A stretch of DNA of 64,000 nucleotides from Oligoflexia bacterium. Its GTDB lineage: Bacteria > Bdellovibrionota > UBA1018. Shown here piece by piece: positions 56,867 to 64,000 of this stretch (within the stretch, counting starts at the first letter, position 1; the number at the start of each line of letters is the position of its first letter). Below the pieces are notes generated by a model. That model was not told where the DNA came from and ran no database searches. It was given only the letters and a program-made list of their open reading frames with translations. A program made the position numbers and the translations under genes. Location: assembly GCA_963758495.1 (NCBI GenBank), contig CAVWVI010000004.1:992001-1056000 (forward strand), read 5' to 3'.

Positions 56867-57047
56867 TAGCCATAACTAGGTCACTCCCGTCAAGAAGGGA
56901 GAGCGTATGGCCATCCTAAACTTTCTAATGGCTTCTATGCCGAATATTTTTAAAAATTTAACTAAATTAGCTAAGTTTTTATCCTGGGCTTACGACGAGC
57001 ACTGGCGCGATAGCCTATTTATTAAGGAAAATGCTCAATTTGACTCC

Positions 57048-57076
57048 TCAAGTATAGTGTAATACACTATACTTGA
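57048..57076. promoter_or_regulatory. Perfect 29-nt palindrome (operator) over a sigma70-like promoter
   Basis: TCAAGTATAGTGTA-A-TACACTATACTTGA; TTGACT-N17-TACACT at 57040-57068. Confidence 0.7.
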
Positions 57077-57081
57077 TACTT

Positions 57082-57429
57082 ATGGCTCAATTTGAATTCA
57101 TAGAATGGCTCTTGCTCTGGTTACTTGAAACGTCCTTTTTTGAATTTGATTGGGATGCTGGGAATTCAACTAAAAACGCAAACAAACACTGCGTCACCAT
57201 TCTTGAAATCGAACAGGCATTTCGTCTTCGAAAAGCAGTTCCTCTTGGAATTCAGATCAAGCCAAAGAAAAATGAAGAAACTTATGGGATTGTGGCGATA
57301 ACCGACAATGATAGGTTACTGATGATTGCATTCACTTTACGCAATCAAAAGGTGAGAGCTATTAGCGCTCGCCCAGCTAGCCAGAAGGAGAGGATTTATT
57401 ATGAAGCGTACTTACGTGAAATCTCTTAA
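57082..57429 (+). CDS. BrnT family toxin
   Basis: FDWD.GN..KN..KH, FTLR..KVR.ISAR.A..KER..Y. Confidence 0.88.
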   Translation: MAQFEFIEWLLLWLLETSFFEFDWDAGNSTKNANKHCVTILEIEQAFRLRKAVPLGIQIKPKKNEETYGIVAITDNDRLLMIAFTLRNQKVRAISARPASQKERIYYEAYLREIS

Positions 57430-57640
57430 GGAGTATGAAGGTGATTCTCAATTTAATGAAAAAAAACTTCTTGATGCAGCAAAGCGGCTAAAAAACAGTA
57501 GAAAACTCCCAACAAGTATCGCTCTTGAAAAGGAGACCGTCCGTGAACTCAAGAGCCTGGCTGATGAACGCGGAGTTCCCTATCAAGTCCTGATGAGGAT
57601 GTTCATTATTGATGGGTTGAAAAAATTTCATTCCCGATAG
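57401..57640 (+). CDS. CopG/BrnA-type antitoxin
   Basis: TSIAL, LK.LA.ERGVPYQ.LMR; overlaps brnT. Confidence 0.85.
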   Translation: MKRTYVKSLKEYEGDSQFNEKKLLDAAKRLKNSRKLPTSIALEKETVRELKSLADERGVPYQVLMRMFIIDGLKKFHSR

Positions 57641-57785
57641 TCTTATTGAGAAATCTACATCAAAATATGCGTCAAACTCTGGCGCTGATTTTACGAAGGG
57701 TTCCTAGGTCTCTTTTTAACGAAGGAAAAGGCCAGTTTTTATCCTATTGACATTTTGGGTAGCTTCGCTAAGTTTCTGAAGCGAG

Positions 57786-58694
57786 GTGAACGTGGAAAAA
57801 AGCAAAAAAACTCATCATAGGTCATCTCAAACCTCACCGCAGTCACAAGTACACTTGCCATCCCATTTGCAGCCATCTTTACAAAAAGACGCGAAAATCA
57901 TCACGATTGCCAACCAAAAAGGTGGCGTAGGCAAAACTACTACAACAATGAATCTGGGCGTGGCCCTCGCAAAAGCAGGAAAACGTGTACTGCTCGTAGA
58001 TGGAGACCCTCAGGCTAATCTCACCAGCTATTTAGGCGTCTCGCCTGGCGAACCGCCCTACGAAAGCCTCCACACTCTAGATGAAATCTACCTTGCAAAA
58101 CGCCCGTTGGACAAAAATGGACGTCATCTTTTCATTACAAAAACGACCTCGGGAGTCGATTTAATTGCCTCTGACAAAGCTTTAGCCGGAGTAGAATATT
58201 ACCTTTTTACTCGGCCTGATCGCGAAGTCGTCTTGGCTCGTTTTCTGAATACGATTCGCCATGATTACGATTTTATTGTAATTGATACTCCTCCCAGCTT
58301 AAATTTACTCACTCTCAATGCACTCTGCGCAAGCGATCACGTCTTGATTCCAGTTCAACCCGAATTCTTTAGTCTGGAAGGAATCGTTAAAATCCGTGAA
58401 GCGATTCACGATATTCGAGACCGCTGGAACCCGAAGATTTCTATTATTGGTGTCCTACCTACCCAAGTCTCTCACCGCCGCAAGCTCACTCAAGAAGTGA
58501 TTCTAGCGTTAAAGGAAGAACTCGGTGAGACACTTTTTGATGGAGCGATCCATGACAACGCAGCAGTCGCCGAAAGCTCAGGCCACGCAAAATCTGTTTT
58601 AGAATATGATCGTTCATCGCGCGGTGCTCTCGATTACTTGGCTGCTGCCAAGGAACTCTTAAACCGCTGTTCCCAAGCTCAACCGGAGGTCTAA
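57786..58694 (+). CDS. ParA/Soj family ATPase (no parB adjacent)
   Basis: NQKGGVGKTTT, DGDPQAN, IDTPP, IPVQPE. Confidence 0.92.
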   Translation: MNVEKSKKTHHRSSQTSPQSQVHLPSHLQPSLQKDAKIITIANQKGGVGKTTTTMNLGVALAKAGKRVLLVDGDPQANLTSYLGVSPGEPPYESLHTLDEIYLAKRPLDKNGRHLFITKTTSGVDLIASDKALAGVEYYLFTRPDREVVLARFLNTIRHDYDFIVIDTPPSLNLLTLNALCASDHVLIPVQPEFFSLEGIVKIREAIHDIRDRWNPKISIIGVLPTQVSHRRKLTQEVILALKEELGETLFDGAIHDNAAVAESSGHAKSVLEYDRSSRGALDYLAAAKELLNRCSQAQPEV

Positions 58695-58701
58695 AATAGT
58701 C

Positions 58702-58938
58702 ATGGCAAAGGCAAAACACCTTGGAAGAAATCCTTTTACCCAAAAGCAGGCGGCTTTTCAAAAGTCTTCAAAATCTCCAAAAAGCGAACCAACCGCAGCT
58801 AATAGTGCGCGAAGTACTCAATGTCCGATGAAAAATCCCTTTCATTTTCTTTTCGTCGCTCTACCGGTAGGTTCCGTTGTTCTTGCATTGAAGACTGTAC
58901 TTAAGTTTAAGGATAGGGTCGTCGGCTCTTCGAGGTGA
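58702..58938 (+). CDS. Small basic protein with C-terminal hydrophobic segment
   Basis: Starts 7 nt after parA; LGRNPF N-terminal motif; FLFVALPVGSVVLAL. Confidence 0.5.
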   Translation: MAKAKHLGRNPFTQKQAAFQKSSKSPKSEPTAANSARSTQCPMKNPFHFLFVALPVGSVVLALKTVLKFKDRVVGSSR

Positions 58939-59051
58939 GAGGCCATGATAAGACTCATTTACGACCTATCGTAAATGGGTATTGACTCAAGAAAAAAGAA
59001 AATAACTCTGATTCCGTTGATTAATAAAGATTAAGCATGCATACTATGCAC

Positions 59052-59273
59052 ATGAAACGTACAAATCTTGTGTTAGATGAACAACTTCTTGAAAAAGCCA
59101 CTCAAGTTTTAGGGCAAAAGACTTATTCGGCAACTGTGAATAAAGCACTTGAAGAGGCTATCCGAATGGTCAAGATCAGACAACTTTCTCAGTTTATGGG
59201 TAAATCAGTTTGGGAAGGGAATCTTTCTGAAATGAGAGAGGATAAGCTTATCAGTACTAAAAAGAAAAAATAA
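59052..59273 (+). CDS. VapB-like antitoxin (DUF2191 type)
   Basis: MKRTNLVLDEQLL, T.SATVN.AL, WEGNL.EMR. Confidence 0.88.
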   Translation: MKRTNLVLDEQLLEKATQVLGQKTYSATVNKALEEAIRMVKIRQLSQFMGKSVWEGNLSEMREDKLISTKKKK

Positions 59274-59298
59274 TTTATGCCTTTTAGAAAGCGAAAAT

Positions 59299-59688
59299 AT
59301 GATTTTAGTTGATACCTCCGTTTGGATAGATTTATTAGGAAAAAATAAAAATTTTCGAATTAATTCTGAACAGTTATTTTCAATTGTAACTTGCCCACCT
59401 ATTCTACAGGAAATTTTCCAAGGAATACGGAACGATTTAGCCTATCATACTATCCAAGACAGTCTTCTGGCTCTCTCTCGAGTTTCTGATCCTGTTCCCT
59501 TAGATGTTTATTTATTTGCGGCAGATATTTATAGATCGGGTAGAAAAAAAGGATTTACGATTCGTTCATCATTCGATTGCCTTATTGCTGCTATTGCAAT
59601 TCGAGAAAAATTACCAGTATGGCATTTAGATCGTGATTTTAATCTAATAGCAAAATATACCGACCTAAAGACTCAAAATTCGTTATGA
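59299..59688 (+). CDS. VapC PIN-domain toxin
   Basis: MILVDTSVWI, LQEI.QG, DCLIAA.A, DRDF. Confidence 0.93.
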   Translation: MILVDTSVWIDLLGKNKNFRINSEQLFSIVTCPPILQEIFQGIRNDLAYHTIQDSLLALSRVSDPVPLDVYLFAADIYRSGRKKGFTIRSSFDCLIAAIAIREKLPVWHLDRDFNLIAKYTDLKTQNSL

Positions 59689-59737
59689 TATAATTTGTCT
59701 TTAAAACACTATTTATCTTATTGAATTATAAAGCCCC

Positions 59738-59778
59738 TATCATGCTGGAAGTTTTCAAAGAAAATCTCCAGCATGATA
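59738..59778. terminator. Hairpin between convergent vapC and glutamine synthetase genes
   Basis: TATCATGCTGGA / TCCAGCATGATA arms with inner TTTTC/GAAAA pairing. Confidence 0.55.
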
Positions 59779-59812
59779 AAGAACACCCAAAACAGCTAAT
59801 AACAGCACATTC

Positions 59813-62041
59813 TTACGATAAAAATAGCATTTCCCGATATTTCGGAAGTGGCCAATAATCATCAGAAATGACTGATTCTAATTGATCACAAAGCTCCCGA
59901 ATTTCAGTCATGACATTTGAAATATCGAGCGAAAACATCTTCGCCTTTGCTTCTTCACTCGCTAAAGATTCTGCCTTACTCATTGCAGTCTCCAAGCTAG
60001 ATCTCTTCGTACTTAACGAATGGATCAATTCAGAAATTTTATTCAACATATCCGTCTGAGGAGCCATGACGCCAGCCATCTTAGCGGTAGCCACTGTCTG
60101 AACCAAAGTTCCGTGATAAGCAAACGCCGCAGGGAGAATTTGAGTATCTACCATTGCACGTAAGGTATCGACTTCAATCATCATATTTTTTAGATAACGC
60201 TCTAATCGAACATGAAATCTAGAAACTAATTCAGATTCAGCAAAAATTTCCAATCGAGATAACATTTCTTTCGATTTTGGAGTGACTAACTCTAAAAGTG
60301 CTTCTGGTGTTTTGCGAAGGTTTGGCAATTTTCTTTGCGCTGCTTCTTTAACCCATTCTTGTGAGTAATTATTTCCCTCAAATCGAATCGAACGAGTTTC
60401 CTTGATCCCTTCTCGAATCACTTCAAGGATGACTGCTTCCATTGTCTTGGCAGTTTTTCCCTTCTTCTTCAAAGAATCAATCAGTTCAGAAAATCCATCT
60501 GCAACAGCCGCATTCAAGAGGGTTACCGGAAAGGCAGTAGACGCAGAAGAACCGACTGCACGAAATTCAAATTTATTTCCTGTAAAAGCAAAGGGTGACG
60601 TTCTATTCCGATCGGTGTTATCTTTCATCACTTGGGGTAATTTATTTATACCCAATTGAATCACTGCAGCTTCAGCGCTCATGCCTGATACCGCCCCCTC
60701 CTCCAATTCATTCAAAATACGATTTAATAGATCCCCTAAAAAGACAGAAATAATTGCAGGAGGTGCTTCGTTTGCTCCCAGTCTGTGATCGTTCCCAGAA
60801 GAGGCAATTCCGGCTCTTAAAAGACCCGAATGTTTATAAACACCCTTGAGTATCCCCGTTAATACGAGTAAGAATCTTAAATTCTGCTGAGGAGTCTTTC
60901 CTGGGTCCAGTAAATTCTCGCCATTCAACTCCGCACTACTGGCCGTGACCATCATCGACCAGTTATTATGTTTACCGCTTCCATTGATTCCAGCAAATGG
61001 CTTTTCATGAAGCAAGACACTAAAGCCGTGTCGCATAGATACCTTTTTCAAGATCTCCATGGTTAATTGATTATGATCAGTTGCAATATTAGCTTCTTCA
61101 AAAATGGGAGCACTTTCAAATTGATTCGGCGCTACTTCGTTATGTCGTGTTTTGACAGGGACACCGAGTTTGTAAAGCTCATATTCCATTTCAGACATGA
61201 AGGCTTGTACTCTGGCAGGAATACTTCCAAAATAATGATCTTCCAGTTGTTGGCCCTTAGGTGGCTGTCCCCCTATCAAAGTTCGACCTGACATGACCAA
61301 ATCGGCTCGTAAATTATAAAAAGCTCGATCAATCAAAAAATATTCCTGTTCAACACCCAATGTAGGAACCACTCTCTTGATGCCAGTACCTCCAAAAATT
61401 TCGAGAAGTTCACAGGCCTTATGGGATAATACTTCCATACTTCGCAGAAGGCCCGTCTTCTCATCTAAAGCATGGCCATGATAACTAATAAATACAGAAG
61501 GAATGCAAAGCGTCTTTCCATTCACATGTTCCATGATAAATACAGGACTGGATGGATCCCATGCCGTATAACCACGAGCTTCGAATGTCGTACGCATCCC
61601 TCCTGATGGAAAGCTCGAGGCATCTGGCTCACTCTGGATCAATTGAGCGGCACTAAATTTTTCAAGGGTTCTGCCATTATCATCAAAACTGATAAATGCA
61701 TCGTGTTTTTCCGCTGTAGAACCCGTCTGTGGTTGAAACCAGTGACAGAAATGCGTGACTCCGCGAGCAAGAGCCCATTCCTTAATTGCATTCGCTACCA
61801 CATTAGCAATCTCTCGATCTAATGTCTTACCCGTATCAATAGTTGAAACTAATTTTGTGTAAATATCTTTTGGAAGCTTTTCTCTCATCTTATGGATATC
61901 AAAAGTATTCACACCATAAAACTCAGAAACCCTTTGCCGTTTACCGTTTTCATCCCTCGGTGGATCAAACTTTCGAGGTACGCGTGTACTTAAATCCCTG
62001 ATTGCATTAAACCGAGCTTTCGCTCCTGTACCCATACTCAT
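59813..62041 (-). CDS. glnN: Glutamine synthetase type III
   Basis: HWFQP.TG.TAEKHD, EPDASSFP.GG.R.TFEARGYTAWD, HEKPF.G.NGSGKH, DRNRTSPFAFTGNKFEFR; 742 aa. Confidence 0.95.
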   Translation of the reverse strand: MSMGTGAKARFNAIRDLSTRVPRKFDPPRDENGKRQRVSEFYGVNTFDIHKMREKLPKDIYTKLVSTIDTGKTLDREIANVVANAIKEWALARGVTHFCHWFQPQTGSTAEKHDAFISFDDNGRTLEKFSAAQLIQSEPDASSFPSGGMRTTFEARGYTAWDPSSPVFIMEHVNGKTLCIPSVFISYHGHALDEKTGLLRSMEVLSHKACELLEIFGGTGIKRVVPTLGVEQEYFLIDRAFYNLRADLVMSGRTLIGGQPPKGQQLEDHYFGSIPARVQAFMSEMEYELYKLGVPVKTRHNEVAPNQFESAPIFEEANIATDHNQLTMEILKKVSMRHGFSVLLHEKPFAGINGSGKHNNWSMMVTASSAELNGENLLDPGKTPQQNLRFLLVLTGILKGVYKHSGLLRAGIASSGNDHRLGANEAPPAIISVFLGDLLNRILNELEEGAVSGMSAEAAVIQLGINKLPQVMKDNTDRNRTSPFAFTGNKFEFRAVGSSASTAFPVTLLNAAVADGFSELIDSLKKKGKTAKTMEAVILEVIREGIKETRSIRFEGNNYSQEWVKEAAQRKLPNLRKTPEALLELVTPKSKEMLSRLEIFAESELVSRFHVRLERYLKNMMIEVDTLRAMVDTQILPAAFAYHGTLVQTVATAKMAGVMAPQTDMLNKISELIHSLSTKRSSLETAMSKAESLASEEAKAKMFSLDISNVMTEIRELCDQLESVISDDYWPLPKYREMLFLS

Positions 62042-62113
62042 GAGTGTGTCTCCTTAGCTTCCGATTATCAATTGAGGGACGGACACCATGCCAATCCCTA
62101 CGAATAAACATAG

Positions 62114-64000
62114 CTAATGACTATCAAAAGATCTACAGGCTTTTAGGCTCTTCGCCACGAGTTCGGCCTCACTGACCCACTTGATCAGATCACTTCGAGC
62201 ACTTGACTCCGTGCTATTTCCGAGCGAGCTAGCAAATCGGACCGTTTCAGCATATTCCAATAGTGCTACGATTTGACTCCAAAGAGGTGCTGGAAGACCT
62301 TTTTCTTGAACCAGAAGATCTCCTAATTGGGCCCGAGAAAACCCCCTCGCGCCAACCTGAAAAACTTTATCTATTTCATCAAATACAGCCTCAGTCAGTA
62401 ACTCATAGAGTTCACTGATCTCTTGCCATGACGCTCCAGATGACGCTCCAAGGGAAGCATTCTTTGCTCGACTTTGGAGATCACTCCACTGCTGGAGATC
62501 ATCTCCTATTTTTGCACGCCGTAGACGTCTGATTTTTGTTGCTCCCCGCTTAAATAGATCAACTCCTACAAACCCTATAAACGCCCCCAATGCTACTACC
62601 CAGCCCCAATAAAGGAGATGCCAAGTTAACTCCAATCCACTTTTTTGATTGACAATTTCAGTGGGTGATTTCAAATCTCTTAAATTCTCTACTTTCGCTC
62701 CAGGATTTGATGAATGAGAATTCTCGTTTATTTTATTTTTTCCGATGGGTACCAATGCGCTCCCCGGCGCAGGTTCAAGTACATGGAGCTGAATCGCTTC
62801 AGTCGATTGAGTGTAATATTGATTTTTGTTAGGATCAAAAAATCCAAACTGAAGAGGAGGTAATTCTAATTTTCCAGGTACCCGAGGTATCAGTAAAAAT
62901 TCAAAAACTTTTTCACCCACTCCTTGAGATCCAGCTTGCGATCGACCTTTTGAATCATATAATTCGATAGTTTCAGGCCATTTATTCTTGGGCTCCTCCA
63001 AAGTCGCATAATTTCCACGCCCCTCCACCTTCACAGTTAAAGTAACCGCCTCATTAGCACGGACCTCATACTTATCCACTGCTGAAGTCACTTGAAAATC
63101 CCCTACACCCCCCACAAAATTTTCAGGCCGTCCCTGTGAGGGCAAAGATTTTACATCAATATTTTGCTTTTCACTCTGTGCACTTCCAACCCGAGGTGAA
63201 AGTTGCTGAAAAAATCCAAAAAAGGGATCTTCTTCGCCAAACGGGCTATTACGAAGATTAGAATAATAATTAAACTTTACCGCCATCGAATCAATAGTCA
63301 GCTTCCCTTCTTGTATGGGATAGGCAGCATATCGTGCCAAGAGCCATCTTTCGTATGGAACTCCATTCAGGGTGACACGCTCAGGCTCCATTCGCTGAGT
63401 AATAATGGGCATGTCTAAATCTTCTCGAAGGAATCCACTTAATATAGGAAATTTTTCAACTTGGAGATTAAATACCTTACCTTGGTGATAAAAATAATAA
63501 CTGACAATGAGCTGCTCTCCTTTATAAGCGGTATTTTTAGCCACTTCTGCGCGTAGCATTGCATTTTGTGCACTGCGTGCATTGGGAGCATTGGGCGTAT
63601 TACGCCCAATAGCGCTATTGGGTCTCGACATTCTATAACTAGGAGAACTATAACCCGGCGAAGAAGGTGGTGGAGCACTTCCCTGACCTCCGCCTTGGCC
63701 TCCTCCTGGAATGATCTGTAACTCAATGGGGTTCGCCTTATATAGTTTGCCATCCACTTCAACTTGGATTCCTGAAATTTCATACTTTCCAGGCTTTAAA
63801 GTCTCTGAGGGCTGCAAGACTTTGGTAATTTGCTGAACATTTTCCATTGATATCTGACCCAAACTAGAATCATATTGAGTACTCACTGAAACTGATTTGG
63901 AATTGCTCACTTCCTCAAAACCCCGTGCAATAATTTGGGGTTCACTGACCTTCGCATTACCGTGCGTTCTTATCAAAAGATTGAGGGTGACAGTGTCGCT
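62114..64000 (-). CDS. batD: BatD family protein (5' end beyond the window)
   Basis: Ig-like repeats, AYKGEQ, GGVG.F, L.V.VEG.GN, FFDP....Y, C-terminal TM; frame open to the window edge. Confidence 0.8.
   Translation of the reverse strand, partial: SDTVTLNLLIRTHGNAKVSEPQIIARGFEEVSNSKSVSVSTQYDSSLGQISMENVQQITKVLQPSETLKPGKYEISGIQVEVDGKLYKANPIELQIIPGGGQGGGQGSAPPPSSPGYSSPSYRMSRPNSAIGRNTPNAPNARSAQNAMLRAEVAKNTAYKGEQLIVSYYFYHQGKVFNLQVEKFPILSGFLREDLDMPIITQRMEPERVTLNGVPYERWLLARYAAYPIQEGKLTIDSMAVKFNYYSNLRNSPFGEEDPFFGFFQQLSPRVGSAQSEKQNIDVKSLPSQGRPENFVGGVGDFQVTSAVDKYEVRANEAVTLTVKVEGRGNYATLEEPKNKWPETIELYDSKGRSQAGSQGVGEKVFEFLLIPRVPGKLELPPLQFGFFDPNKNQYYTQSTEAIQLHVLEPAPGSALVPIGKNKINENSHSSNPGAKVENLRDLKSPTEIVNQKSGLELTWHLLYWGWVVALGAFIGFVGVDLFKRGATKIRRLRRAKIGDDLQQWSDLQSRAKNASLGASSGASWQEISELYELLTEAVFDEIDKVFQVGARGFSRAQLGDLLVQEKGLPAPLWSQIVALLEYAETVRFASSLGNSTESSARSDLIKWVSEAELVAKSLKACRSFDSH

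Noticed and set aside
62070..62095. Sigma-54 promoter for glutamine synthetase (TGGCAT on minus strand)
   Set aside because: The -12 position reads GT rather than GC; too weak to call
2234..63783. Numerous 60-160 aa ORFs antisense to or nested in long genes
   Set aside because: They overlap well-supported genes and have no motifs; treated as spurious

Overview
This looks like chromosomal DNA from a Bdellovibrionota/deltaproteobacteria-like bacterium (inferred from gene content and synteny; no database search was possible). The backbone is a type IVa pilus supercluster in near-Myxococcus order on the minus strand: ribF ... pilB-pilT-pilC-[pilA]-pilG-pilH-pilI-pilD-x-pilM-N-O-P-Q-TPR-efp-accB-accC-TPR(Bd2492/SgmX-like)-tamB-tamA, followed by rplM-rpsI. 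Other housekeeping-type genes include ribD, a CHASE2 kinase/sigma-54 regulator pair, type III glutamine synthetase and batD. The backbone is interrupted by accessory patches (about 0.1-1.9, 3.7-5.1, 12.6-17.0, 37.3-39.4, 45.9-55.5 and 57-59.7 kb). These hold four stand-alone AAA/P-loop ATPases (three with their own palindromic operator-like elements), several intact and decayed toxin-antitoxin modules, a complete IS630, an IS4 remnant, MITE-like palindromes and an SLT transglycosylase. The most notable observation is the pilin locus. It is inverted, lacks pilSR, and holds two tandem divergent pilins. The second copy has no ATG or RBS, and a ~20-nt motif occurs in the pilin leader and again exactly 5 nt after each pilin stop codon, suggesting a cassette-type pilin variation system. 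Also notable are a secreted ankyrin protein with a Ulp1/CE-clan-like H-D-Q-C protease domain, and two large prepilin-type proteins with tail-fibre-like or glycine-rich C-terminal regions. Several single-base frameshifts (pilP, pilA1, one ATPase, the DUF6932-like gene) may be sequencing errors and limit interpretation. No rRNA, tRNA or CRISPR array was recognised.
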